Source: an uncultured bacterium
GTDB taxonomy: Bacteria; Zixibacteria; MSB-5A5; CAIYYT01
DNA: 64,000 nucleotides
Direction of reading: 5' to 3'
Assembly: GCA_963726455.1 (NCBI GenBank)
Contig: CAVSCK010000005.1
Location: forward strand, 603,841 to 667,840
Positions 9,756 through 19,594 of the stretch are shown here, piece by piece; position 1 is the stretch's first letter; each line of letters begins with the position of its first letter. The translations under genes were made by a program, and so were the position numbers. Below the pieces are notes generated by a model. The model searched no databases. It had not been told where the DNA came from and saw only the letters and a list, made by a program, of their open reading frames with translations.

Positions 9756-11147
9756 ATGGCTCTCGAGTTAGTTGAAAATCATTGGTCACGGTTCTGGGCC
9801 AAGCTAGAATTAACTGTTGTCGTCTGTCTGGACATAACGATCATCGCCCTTGTTGATCTGCTTGGGCCGGGACTGGCGATGACTTTCCTGGCAGGTCTGG
9901 CAGCGCTTCTGTATTCGCTCTACTCTCAAGTCGGTTTGACTCTGATGTTGATTCTGATTTCTCATGCCGGATCGCTCTACGGTGTAACGATTCCCGGGAT
10001 CTACTATATCAAGTGGGGAATTACGTTGATCTTCCTGGCCGCCACTTTTAGCCGCTGGCTGGTAGGTGGACTTCGCATAGACTATCGGCCGGGAAAAGAA
10101 GAAATGATGCTATTGGTGCTGATCGGCTGGGGCGCTGTTTGCTCACTATTTGCGGTCCGTCCTGTTGATTCAGTTCTCGAGATAATTCGATATTCTCTAT
10201 TGCTTCTCGTGTATGTTGTCAGCAAAGCCACAATTACCGAGAAACGTCATCTCTCCGTCCTGTTACTGGCAGTAATCGGCGTTGTTCTGGTTAATGCCTT
10301 GGTTTGTCTCGGCGAAATCGGCATCTCCGGATTTGTGCGGCAAAGGGGACTCCTCGGCAACGCGAATTACTTTGGGATGTTCCTGATGTTTTGTCTCCCG
10401 ATGTTGGCAATGGGGATATTTGCACACAAACAAAAGCAACTGAGATTGCTCTTCATGCTGGGACTTGGCATCGGGATAGTGCTCCTGCTCCTTTCTTTCT
10501 CCCGCGCTGCTTTGCTGGGCTGCGGAGTACAACTGATTACGTTTCTGATTCTGGACAAGAGGAAGAAGCTTCTAGGCATGCTGGCAGCGACAGCCATCTT
10601 GCTGGTTGCCATTGTCGCATTGTCACCGGGATTGAGCAAGCCGGCCAAGATGTTGTTGCGAGTGCAGAGTGGCACTACCCACAGGACTCTGCTTTGGGAG
10701 AAGGGTCTCGATCTCCTGTTTGAGAATCCTTTGCTGGGCACGGGATACGGCGTTCAAAAGGGAGATATCTCGGGGGGTATCAGTTGGAACGACCCCGTTA
10801 ATTACTATCTCTTTGCCGCCCGGGACATTCTGTTTGTTCCGCATAACGCCTTCATTTATCAGTTCATGACCACCGGCCTGATCGGCGGTTTTCTCTATCT
10901 AATTCTCTTCTACCTGCTCCTGAAAGTGCAGTTTAGCTCATGGCGAAATGCTGGGACAGTAGAGCAAGGGCGACTACATAAGATCATGATTGCGGTTATT
11001 GTCGGTTGCATCTTTCATGGTTTCTTCGAATCGTTCAATATTCTTACGGAAGCCGGTGTGGCGATATATTTTTGGGTTTCGCTGGCGATCGTAAATTCGG
11101 CGAAAGATCGAAATCTGCTTGGTCAGGTCGACACCAGCCGGGCCTAG
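9756..11147 (+). CDS. O-antigen ligase / Wzy_C family membrane protein
   Basis: About 12 hydrophobic segments; RGLLGNANYFG, SFSRAALLG, R..LW..G...F.ENPLLGTGYG, PHNAFI. Confidence 0.85.
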   Translation: MALELVENHWSRFWAKLELTVVVCLDITIIALVDLLGPGLAMTFLAGLAALLYSLYSQVGLTLMLILISHAGSLYGVTIPGIYYIKWGITLIFLAATFSRWLVGGLRIDYRPGKEEMMLLVLIGWGAVCSLFAVRPVDSVLEIIRYSLLLLVYVVSKATITEKRHLSVLLLAVIGVVLVNALVCLGEIGISGFVRQRGLLGNANYFGMFLMFCLPMLAMGIFAHKQKQLRLLFMLGLGIGIVLLLLSFSRAALLGCGVQLITFLILDKRKKLLGMLAATAILLVAIVALSPGLSKPAKMLLRVQSGTTHRTLLWEKGLDLLFENPLLGTGYGVQKGDISGGISWNDPVNYYLFAARDILFVPHNAFIYQFMTTGLIGGFLYLILFYLLLKVQFSSWRNAGTVEQGRLHKIMIAVIVGCIFHGFFESFNILTEAGVAIYFWVSLAIVNSAKDRNLLGQVDTSRA

Positions 11148-11311
11148 GATGTGCATTATTCTTTTGCACGCTGATGGCCTGAGATATAGATTGCGAGGCA
11201 CGCCAACGGGCTGACAGGCGTTGTCAGTATTGGATGATTAGACAGGTTGGCGCAGGGTTACTGCGCTGGATCAGCAATCTCAGGCAAAGGCGCATTTAGT
11301 CTGGAGACAAG

Positions 11312-12691
11312 TTGTTCAAGAAGATTCTGATCGCCAATCGCGGCGAGATAGCGCTTCGTATTATTCGCGCCTGCCGCGAACTAGGCATTCGCACGGTTGC
11401 GGTTTACTCCGAAGCTGATATTGACTCACTGCACGTCAAATTTGCCGATGAAGCGGTCTGTATCGGACCGCCCAGATCCACTGAAAGTTATCTTGATCCC
11501 AAGCGAATAATCGCGGCGGCCGAGATTACCGGCGCGGAAGCGATTCACCCCGGGTATGGCTATCTAGCTGAAAATGCCGATTTCGCCGAGATCTGCGGTT
11601 CCTGCGGACTTGTGTTTATCGGGCCGCCACCCGCGGCGATTCGAGCGATGGGCGACAAAGTAAATGCCAAACAGACCATGAGGGCTGCCGGAGTTCCGGT
11701 GATACCAGGAAGCGAAGGCGGAGTAGCTGATCCGAGCGAAGCCAAGAAGATAGTCGACGAGATCGGTTATCCAGTAATTATGAAGGCAGCGGCAGGCGGC
11801 GGTGGCCGAGGCATGAGAATTGCGCGAAATCAGGCCGAATTGGAGAGCGGTTTCAAGACCGCCCAGATGGAAGCGCAGGCGGCGTTTAACAATCCGGAAA
11901 TATATATTGAGAAATACCTGGAAAATCCCCGCCATATCGAGATTCAAATCCTTGCCGACCAACATGGTAATGTTGTTCATCTTGGGGAGCGCGACTGTAC
12001 GGTACAGCGTCGGCACCAGAAATTACTTGAGGAATCGCCGTCGTCAATGGTATCTCCGGAATTGCGGGCTAGAATGGGCGCCTCAGCTGTGAAAGGCGCC
12101 AAGTCAGCGGGCTATCAGAACGTCGGCACCGTTGAGTTCCTGCTGGATCGAGACGGCAGCTACTATTTTATGGAGATGAATACCCGGGTGCAGGTGGAAC
12201 ATCCAGTGACCGAAGAGGTTACGGATATTGATATCATTGCGGAGATGCTGCGAATATCGGCGGGAGAGAAGCTCAATTTGACACAGGATGATATCAAAAT
12301 TACCGGTTATGCGATCGAATGCCGCATAAACGCTGAGAATCCTGAGGCGAATTTTGCGCCGTCACCGGGGTTGATTACGTCATTTCATGTGCCGGGCGGA
12401 CATGGTGTGAGAGTTGATACCCATGCTTATGCCAAATACGTCGTGCCGCAATATTACGATTCGATGATTGCGAAGTTGATCGTGCATCACAAGAATCGGG
12501 CGGACGGCATTCAAAAGATGCTGCGGGCACTGGATGAATTCGTGGTTGAGGGGATCCATACGACAATTGATTTTCACAAGAAAATATTGCGCGATCCGGT
12601 TTTTCAGTCGGGAGTATTTGACACCGGGTTCGTGGAAGATTATTTTAGGCGGACTAAGGGGGCGGTCCAGAATGTGGACAAGGTCGTATAG
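11312..12691 (+). CDS. accC: Biotin carboxylase subunit of acetyl-CoA carboxylase
   Basis: [52 protein letters not shown]. Confidence 0.96.
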   Translation: MFKKILIANRGEIALRIIRACRELGIRTVAVYSEADIDSLHVKFADEAVCIGPPRSTESYLDPKRIIAAAEITGAEAIHPGYGYLAENADFAEICGSCGLVFIGPPPAAIRAMGDKVNAKQTMRAAGVPVIPGSEGGVADPSEAKKIVDEIGYPVIMKAAAGGGGRGMRIARNQAELESGFKTAQMEAQAAFNNPEIYIEKYLENPRHIEIQILADQHGNVVHLGERDCTVQRRHQKLLEESPSSMVSPELRARMGASAVKGAKSAGYQNVGTVEFLLDRDGSYYFMEMNTRVQVEHPVTEEVTDIDIIAEMLRISAGEKLNLTQDDIKITGYAIECRINAENPEANFAPSPGLITSFHVPGGHGVRVDTHAYAKYVVPQYYDSMIAKLIVHHKNRADGIQKMLRALDEFVVEGIHTTIDFHKKILRDPVFQSGVFDTGFVEDYFRRTKGAVQNVDKVV

Positions 12692-12703
12692 GTTGGAGGT
12701 ATT

Positions 12704-13084
12704 ATGAATATCCCTGAAGGCTTGAAATACACACGCGAGCATGAATGGGTCAAGGTAGAAAATAACGTGGCGGTGGTCGGCATTACCGATTACGCCCAGG
12801 GGGAACTGGGAGACATCGTTTTTGTGGAACTCCCGACAGTGGGCAAACAGTTCAAGCAGATGGATGCGTTCGGAACCATCGAGGCCGTGAAAGCGGTCAG
12901 CGAAATGTTCACGCCGTTGTCAGGCGTGGTTAAGGAAACCAACAAGGCGTTGGAAAAGGACTCGACGGTTATCAATAGAGACCCGTACGGCGACGGCTGG
13001 ATTATCAAGGTCGAGAAGTTTGATCCCGCCGAGATCAATTCGCTGTTGGACGCCGCCAGTTACCGCAAACTGTTAGAGGAATAA
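12704..13084 (+). CDS. gcvH: Glycine cleavage system H protein
   Basis: HEWV, GITDYAQGELGDIVFVELP, EAVKAVSE (lipoyl Lys), DPYGDGW. Confidence 0.96.
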   Translation: MNIPEGLKYTREHEWVKVENNVAVVGITDYAQGELGDIVFVELPTVGKQFKQMDAFGTIEAVKAVSEMFTPLSGVVKETNKALEKDSTVINRDPYGDGWIIKVEKFDPAEINSLLDAASYRKLLEE

Positions 13085-13088
13085 CTAT

Positions 13089-14450
13089 ATGACATTCGTG
13101 CCTCACTCCGATCGTGAGCGTCAGGAGATGCTGCGCGAGATCGGAGTCAGCCGCTTTGAAGAGTTGCTTGCGGGCATTCCGGAAGAGCTGCGGCTGAAAG
13201 AACCGTTGGATCTGCCTGAGCCGCTCTCGGAATTCGAGACGGTGAAGATTATGGCGGAGCTGGCTGCAAAGAATCACACGACAGCCGACTTCGCCAATTT
13301 CATGGGCGCGGGCGCTTACGATCATTTTATTCCGGCGATTGTCGGCCATCTCACCGACCGTTCGGAATTCAAGACTGCCTATACTCCCTATCAGGCGGAA
13401 GTGTCGCAAGGAACGCTGCAGGGAATCTACGAATTTCAGTCGTCAATCTGCCGGCTGACCGGAATGGATGTTGCCAACGCGTCGATGTACGACGGCGCCT
13501 CAGCGGCGGCCGAGGCGGTGCAGTTGGCGCTCAATGTTACGAGCCGCCGGAAGGTGGTGGTGTCCACGCTGGTGCATCCGCATTATGTCGACAGCATCAG
13601 GATGTATCTGGGCGGAGAAGATATCGAGATCGTCAAAGTCAGACATGACAACGGAATCATCGATGTCGACGACTTACGCGCCAGGATAAAGGACGCCGCC
13701 TGCTTCGTGATGCAGAATCCCAATTTCTTTGGCATCATCGAACCGACGGATGACTTGGCGAAGATCGTGAAGGAGTCGGGCGCGCTTCTAATTGCCGTAA
13801 CTAATCCTATTGCGTTGGCGTATCTGAAGACACCGGGAGAATTCGGCGCCGATGTCTGTGTCGGCGAAGGACAGCCCCTGGGAAATAGTTTGAATTTCGG
13901 CGGACCGTATTTTGGTTTCTTTGCCACGCGAAAGGAATATGTCCGCCAATTGCCGGGTCGGCTGACGGCAATGACAAAAGACAAGAACGGCAAGCGCGGT
14001 TTTTGCCTGACGTTACAAACTCGCGAGCAGCATATCCGCCGCGACAAGGCGACCTCGAATATTTGCACGAACGAAGCGTTGTGTGCACTGGCCGGGACGA
14101 TATATATGGCGGCATTGGGCAAGGAAGGCCTGAAAGAAGTGGCGCGGCTCTGTTTCAACAAGGCGCACTATCTGAAAGAACAACTTTGTACGATACCGGG
14201 AGTCAAACTGGCTCACGATCGGCCGTTCTTTATGGAATTTGTCCTGAAGTTCCCGACGCCGGCCAAGGATGTCTTCGATCGCCTGGTTGAGCGCAAAATC
14301 TTTGCCGGAGTGCCGACGGCCAGATTCTTGTGGGAAGATGATTGTCTTATAGTGTGCGCTACAGAAAAGCGTACCAAAAACGAAATTGATTTTTACCGAG
14401 ACTCATTGCGAGAGGTGATGGTTCAAAATGCCGTTCTGTCCAAACTGTGA
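13089..14450 (+). CDS. gcvPA: Glycine dehydrogenase (decarboxylating) subunit 1
   Basis: FMGAGAY, TAYTPYQAEVSQGTLQ, NASMYDGAS, QTREQHIRRDKATSNICTN. Confidence 0.96.
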   Translation: MTFVPHSDRERQEMLREIGVSRFEELLAGIPEELRLKEPLDLPEPLSEFETVKIMAELAAKNHTTADFANFMGAGAYDHFIPAIVGHLTDRSEFKTAYTPYQAEVSQGTLQGIYEFQSSICRLTGMDVANASMYDGASAAAEAVQLALNVTSRRKVVVSTLVHPHYVDSIRMYLGGEDIEIVKVRHDNGIIDVDDLRARIKDAACFVMQNPNFFGIIEPTDDLAKIVKESGALLIAVTNPIALAYLKTPGEFGADVCVGEGQPLGNSLNFGGPYFGFFATRKEYVRQLPGRLTAMTKDKNGKRGFCLTLQTREQHIRRDKATSNICTNEALCALAGTIYMAALGKEGLKEVARLCFNKAHYLKEQLCTIPGVKLAHDRPFFMEFVLKFPTPAKDVFDRLVERKIFAGVPTARFLWEDDCLIVCATEKRTKNEIDFYRDSLREVMVQNAVLSKL

Positions 14451-14796
14451 GACCGAGTATAAGGGTCATGTCTCTGTTTGTCCGGAATGTGGAGAGCATC
14501 TCATCGACACGTCCGTGGAAGATTTGGACGACCTGTCGGATGAGATGGAAGATGACATGGTCCTGCTGTATCGCTCCGCCAGCCGCGCCAATTCGGACGC
14601 TCTGATGGATGCGCTGAGGGATGCGGGAATCAACTATGTGTTTAAGGCGGCTGAGGATGCCGGTCCGCGGTCGAAGAAGGGCCTCTATCGTACGGCCTTT
14701 GTCGACGGAGAATTCTTCGTAAACGAAGAGGACTTTGATAATGCCAAGGAGGTCGCGGAGTCGATACTGGGCGATCTCGAAGAAGATCTGGAATAA
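14428..14796 (+). CDS. Zinc-ribbon + DUF2007-like acidic protein, paralog 1
   Basis: MPFCPNC...CPECG, core L..AL.DAGI....FFVNEEDFDNAKEV; overlaps the gcvPA stop. Confidence 0.8.
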   Translation: MPFCPNCETEYKGHVSVCPECGEHLIDTSVEDLDDLSDEMEDDMVLLYRSASRANSDALMDALRDAGINYVFKAAEDAGPRSKKGLYRTAFVDGEFFVNEEDFDNAKEVAESILGDLEEDLE

Positions 14797-14841
14797 CCTC
14801 GTCGAAGTACGGCGAGCCGGATCGATAACCTAAGGAGCTTT

Positions 14842-15279
14842 ATGCCGCATTGCCCCAAGTGCAAGCGTGAAATCACCGATGAGAACACCTACTGTCCCGA
14901 CTGCGGTACGCGGTTGGTGATGAGTCTGCCTGTGGAAAGCAGCTCAAACGACGACAGTGTTGACGCAATCTTGCTGTTGAAGGCGAACAACAGTCTGCAG
15001 GCAGAACTGCTGGCTTCGGCGTTGGAAGAAGAAGGGATTCCGTTTCTGGCCAAGGGACTGGGAATCGTTGACGGTTTGGGAGGAGTCGGAGGCGGAGATG
15101 TGATGTCCGGCGCATTTTCATCGCCACGTGCGGTGGAGATCTGGGTGAATCCGCGCGACCTTGACCGCGCCAAGGAACTGATGGCGGCGCAGAGCGGAAG
15201 CGAGTTGGGAGAGGACGAATCCGTGGAAAGTAGCGAGGAAAATTCTGATTCCGGGTCTAATCGCCCGAAGAAAGGGTGA
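14842..15279 (+). CDS. Zinc-ribbon + DUF2007-like acidic protein, paralog 2
   Basis: MPHCPKC...CPDCG, AELLASALEEEGIP...IWVNPRDLDRAKELM; SD AAGGAG. Confidence 0.83.
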   Translation: MPHCPKCKREITDENTYCPDCGTRLVMSLPVESSSNDDSVDAILLLKANNSLQAELLASALEEEGIPFLAKGLGIVDGLGGVGGGDVMSGAFSSPRAVEIWVNPRDLDRAKELMAAQSGSELGEDESVESSEENSDSGSNRPKKG

Positions 15280-15290
15280 CAAGGTAGAAC

Positions 15291-15707
15291 ATGCACTATT
15301 GCCCGCAATGCAGATATGAATACCAGCAGTCGGTGAAGACCTGTCCCGACTGCGGTTCGAGGATCATCGACGGTGAAATGCCGGACCTGGGTGTCGAAAC
15401 GGAAGAACAGAAGCGCGTAAACGAAGAAGACGCGGTGGCGCTTTTTGAAAGCGCGGATTACATAAAAGTGCGATTTCTGCAGGATCTGCTTGAACAGGAA
15501 GGGATTGCCTTCTTCGCAAAGAAGTACGGAAGGGTCGAGCCCTCGGAGCTTTATACGGGCGCCCAAACCTCATCGCCTGCGGTAGGCGATTTCACCGGAA
15601 TCTTTGTCGCGCCCGGTGATCTGCCGCGTGCAAAAGAGCTGTTGCAGGAATTGGAGAATAGCAAGCCGGTTGATGAGGATGATGCTCCTTCCGAGGAAGA
15701 GAAATAG
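15291..15707 (+). CDS. Zinc-ribbon + DUF2007-like acidic protein, paralog 3
   Basis: MHYCPQCRYEY...CPDCG, LQDLLEQEGI...IFVAPGDLPRAKELL. Confidence 0.83.
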   Translation: MHYCPQCRYEYQQSVKTCPDCGSRIIDGEMPDLGVETEEQKRVNEEDAVALFESADYIKVRFLQDLLEQEGIAFFAKKYGRVEPSELYTGAQTSSPAVGDFTGIFVAPGDLPRAKELLQELENSKPVDEDDAPSEEEK

Positions 15708-15716
15708 AGTTAGACA

Positions 15717-16145
15717 TTGCATTACTGTCCGGAGTGCCGATACGAATATAAGCTGCATGTGACCGTCTGTCCTGATTGTGGGACGACGCTGGTTGACGGT
15801 GAAATGCCCGACCGGAAGGTTACTGAGACAGTGGCGCAAAGCCGCGAGAATGAAGCGGACGCTGTGATACTTCTGGAGAGCTCAGATTACCTGAAGCTGC
15901 GATTCCTGCAGGATTTGCTCGAACAGGAAGGAATTCCCTTCTCCGCGAAGAAATACACGCAATACGGAGGCGTTGAGACCTCAACACTTTACACGGGAAT
16001 CCAATTCTCGTCGTTAACGGTTGGCGGTCTGGCCAGAATCTTCGTGGCCCCCGGCGATTTTGCGCGGGCGAAAGAGCTGCTGAAGGAATTGGAAGATAGC
16101 AAACCGATTGAAGATGAAGATACTCCCTCTGAGGAAGAGAAATAG
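15717..16145 (+). CDS. Zinc-ribbon + DUF2007-like acidic protein, paralog 4 (close duplicate of paralog 3)
   Basis: HYCPECRYEY...CPDCG, LQDLLEQEGI...IFVAPGDFARAKELL...PSEEEK; TTG start. Confidence 0.83.
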   Translation: MHYCPECRYEYKLHVTVCPDCGTTLVDGEMPDRKVTETVAQSRENEADAVILLESSDYLKLRFLQDLLEQEGIPFSAKKYTQYGGVETSTLYTGIQFSSLTVGGLARIFVAPGDFARAKELLKELEDSKPIEDEDTPSEEEK

Positions 16146-16985
16146 ATGAAATACATAATCGTGTTATTTGCGCTGCTGTTGGCGCTGTGGCTGCCGGCAA
16201 AGGCGACTCAGACGATCGGCGATCTGAAGCTGGCGACGAATTTCGATTCGTTGATGACCCAGGCGCAGCAATCGCAGAAGGTGATCGTCCTGGAATGGTA
16301 TACCGATTGGTGAGTGTGGTGTGGGAGAATGGCAGATTCGACACTGCCTGATTCCTACGTTCAGAAGTTTCTGAACAACTTTGAAATTGGAAAGATCAAT
16401 GCGGAAGTCGATACCGTGACGGCGGCGCGCTACGGCGTCAGAAGTTATCCCACCATAACGATTCTCAAACCCAACGGAGTTGAGATCGACCGCCTGGTGG
16501 GGTACTATCAGCCGGCAGAGTTCGTCGGTGGAATTGTCAATGCGCTGTCTGGGATAGGCACGCTGGAGGATTTGCTGAACAAACTGGCTGCCAAACCAAA
16601 GGATGCGGATTTGTTGTTCGAGGTGGGACAGAAATATCGCTGGCGCGGTGACTATGACAAAGCCGCGGCATACTTTCAGCAGGTGATGGCGCTGGATCGC
16701 GACAATGCCAAGAAGCTGGCGGCGCAGGCGGCTTTCAATCTCGGACACATGCAGTACAAGGACAAAAACTATCCGGCGGCGGTCGCGCTGTGGCAGAACC
16801 TGAGGAAATCATATCCGCAGGATTCCAACAGCATGGAAGCGGCATTGATGATTGGTGTGGCGTACCAGAAGGCCAATGATTTCAAGAACGCCAAAGTGAC
16901 TTTCAGGCAGTTCCTGAAGGAGCATCCCGATACGGAAGAAAAGGATTGGATTAACGAGCAGTTAGCCAAGATGGAGAAGAAATAG
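16146..16985 (+). CDS. Secreted thioredoxin-fold + TPR protein; candidate selenoprotein (UxxC; in-frame TGA at 16311-16313)
   Basis: ATG 16146 directly follows the previous stop and reads MKYIIVLFALLLALWLPAKA...KVIVLEWYTDW-TGA-VWCGRM, in frame with the 16314 ORF. Cis-Pro motif YGVRSYPT; C-terminal TPR helices. Confidence 0.8.
16324..16355 (+). promoter_or_regulatory. Putative bacterial SECIS hairpin just 3' of the in-frame UGA
   Basis: GAAT-GGCAG-[ATTCGACA]-CTGCC-tg-ATTC, starting about 13 nt after the TGA. The loop lacks the canonical G in its first two positions. Confidence 0.45.
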
Positions 16986-16991
16986 ATAGCG

Positions 16992-18447
16992 ATGAAGAAT
17001 CCCGATAGTCCTCTGATTTTCGAACTGTCGTGCGAGGGCGAGAAGGGATATTCGCTGCCCGAAGTGCGATGTGCCGGAACTGCCGCTGGAGAAGCTGATC
17101 GGCGCCGCGAATCTGCGCGCCAAAGATGCAGCGCTGCCGGAGGTTCCCGAGAATGAAGTCGTCCGGCATTATATCCGGCTGTCGAATATGAATCACCATA
17201 TCGACAAGGCGATTTATCCGCTCGGCAGTTGCACGATGAAGTACAACCCCAAGGTCAATGAAAAGACGGCGGCCGATCCGGGTTGGACGGAATTACATCC
17301 ATTCCAGCCGGCGCGAACGGCGCAGGGCGCGTTGCAACTGATGTATGAGTTGGGTCGGATGCTGGCCGAGGTTGCCGGAATGGACGAAGTCACTCTGCAG
17401 CCGGTCGCGGGTGCCCAAGGTGAGTTCACCGGAATCCAACTGGCGAAGGCATATTTCAAACATAAGGGTGAGAATCGTCTCAACGTGATTATGCCCGATT
17501 CGGCTCACGGGACCAATCCGGCCTCGGTGACGATGTCCGGATACAAGCCGACGCAGATCAAGTCGAGCGAGCAGGGAATTCTCGATCCGGCGGAATTGGA
17601 GAAGCTGCTCGACGACAAGACGGCGTTGGTCATGCTGACGAATCCGAATACGCTGGGCCTGTTCGAGCGCCAGATTTTGCGGGTGGCGGAATTGGCGCAC
17701 CGCAAGGGCGCATTGATGTATATGGACGGCGCGAATCTGAATGCCTTGATGGGAATAGCGCGGCCGGGTGACATGGGATTCGATATTCTGCATATTAATT
17801 TGCACAAGACCTTCGCAACTCCGCATGGCGGTGGTGGTCCGGGTGGCGGCGCAGTCGGAGTCAAGAAACTGCTGGAGCCATACCTGCCGCTGCCGATCGT
17901 CTGCAAAGACGAAAAGCAGTATTACTTCGACTACGATCGTCCGCTGTCGATCGGCCGGATGCATAGTTTCTACGGCAATTTCGGCATGATGGTGCGGGCG
18001 TATACCTATATCCTGATGCATGGCGGCAAAGGACTGCGTGACGTTTCCGAAGCGGCGATTCTCAACGCCAACTATCTGAAAGAGAAGCTGCGCAAGCGGT
18101 ACAAACTGGCGTACGATTTTGTTTGCCAGCACGAGTTCGTGCTGTCGGGCGACAACCAGAAGAAGCTCGGCGTCAAGACGATTGACATTGCCAAGCGGCT
18201 CTTGGACTATGGCGTGCATGCGCCGACGACCTATTTCCCGTTGATTGTGTCGGAAGCGCTGATGATCGAGCCGACCGAGACCGAGAACAAACGGTCACTG
18301 GATGAATTCGTGAGGATCATGCTGGCGATTGCAGACGAAGTCGAAACCAACCCGGAGATCGTCAAGAATGCGCCGCAAAACACGCCGGTAGCGCGCTTGG
18401 ATGAAGTCTACGCCGCGAGAGAGTTGAATGTAGCGTATCGGGGGTAG
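16992..18447 (+). CDS. gcvPB: Glycine dehydrogenase subunit 2 (one frameshift near 17058-17060, probably a sequencing error)
   Basis: ATG 16992 gives [20 protein letters not shown]; removing one C joins it to KCDVPELP. Motifs [39 protein letters not shown]. Confidence 0.93.
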
Positions 18448-18468
18448 GTAAATTCTGCTATGTTCTTG

Positions 18469-18499
18469 AAAGGCAGGAGCCAACGGCTCCTGCCTTTTT
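18469..18499 (+). terminator. Rho-independent terminator of the acc/gcv operon
   Basis: AAAGGCAGGAGCC-AAC-GGCTCCTGCCTTTTT. Confidence 0.85.
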
Positions 18500-18595
18500 C
18501 GTTTGTGAAGAAAGTTGCCGATACAGCGCAAATGTGATTGACGACAAGTTATTCAATTAACATATTGTCGGAAAACTAGCGTCCGTGGGAAAGTA

Positions 18596-19552
18596 ATGAG
18601 ACCTGAAGCAAGAGTCTTCCTCTCGACAGTAATAATCTGCGGCAGTATCGGACTGGCGGGGTTCTTGTTGTACCTGGTATTAGCAGACGGATTTCACATC
18701 ACTGATATAGAGAGTATCAGATATGGTATTATATTTGTGGCCGCCGCTTTTGCAGTGTCGCTGCCACGCGTCTTCAGGATTTTGAATGCAAGTGTCACTC
18801 GGCCGATAGTTTCAGTTTCTCCCGAGTCCGTGCCACTGCAGCGGAGATCTAATAGGCGGATGCTCTTACTCCTCGCAGCGACTCTTGCCTCATTTACAAT
18901 TGGCGCGATACTATTCAAGAGTCCGAGAACCATGACGTGGGGAAGTCCCTTCATTTTCGCAGCAGTGATTTTCGGCTTCCTTTTCCTGAGGGCATTGCGC
19001 AAGGCCGGCGATACACAGCAATCTCGGCTGTTGAAAGGGACCGCCGCGACAGAAGAAGTGCTGAGTAAAAGCGGGACCCTTGGTAGACGCCGATGGTTGC
19101 CTCTGATTCTTCCGGCGGGCGTCATGTGCGCATCTCTACTTGCCATGATTGTCTTTCGCGACCTGTTCGCACGGAGCTTCTCGTTTCGCCTTTGCTTTGT
19201 GATTGTGTTCATGGCCAGTGTGACCTTCTGGATCCTGGCTAGACGCCGCCAGACAGATCCGCTCAGAATTGCCAAGGATGCGCAAGCCGACGGCCCTCAG
19301 AATGCTCGGCTGCTCATCCTGATGTCCGCCAGAAGTGCTGTCTGGTACTGCATGGCGTTGCAGGCAATCTTACAGGTTGGATCGTTGGTGCTGTTTGCTT
19401 TCCTCTATTTGAGCGTTGTGAAGTCTGTCACTTGGTATGCTGTCATAGCGGTTGCCAGTTATGTGGTATCTCTTCTATTTGGGTGGTTCTTGGCTAAGCG
19501 CGCGGTAGCAACTTTACAGGCGCTAAACGTGTTGCCAAGAGCGGAGTACTAG
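18596..19552 (+). CDS. Hypothetical multi-pass membrane protein
   Basis: Four pairs of hydrophobic helices separated by Arg-rich loops; upstream TTGACG-N17-CATATT. Confidence 0.6.
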   Translation: MRPEARVFLSTVIICGSIGLAGFLLYLVLADGFHITDIESIRYGIIFVAAAFAVSLPRVFRILNASVTRPIVSVSPESVPLQRRSNRRMLLLLAATLASFTIGAILFKSPRTMTWGSPFIFAAVIFGFLFLRALRKAGDTQQSRLLKGTAATEEVLSKSGTLGRRRWLPLILPAGVMCASLLAMIVFRDLFARSFSFRLCFVIVFMASVTFWILARRRQTDPLRIAKDAQADGPQNARLLILMSARSAVWYCMALQAILQVGSLVLFAFLYLSVVKSVTWYAVIAVASYVVSLLFGWFLAKRAVATLQALNVLPRAEY

Positions 19553-19594
19553 GAGTGTCATTCCGAATGCCGGCGAGACGGCAAGGAGTGGATC

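Noticed and set aside
17050-17075. Programmed frameshift in gcvPB
   Set aside because: No slippery heptamer, and the same extra-base pattern occurs in many unrelated genes, pointing to sequencing error.
17293-18219. Long antisense or alternate-frame ORFs (also 3815-4612, 39125-40039, 43057-43815, 56627-57277)
   Set aside because: Shadows of well-supported genes, expected from codon bias in GC-rich DNA.
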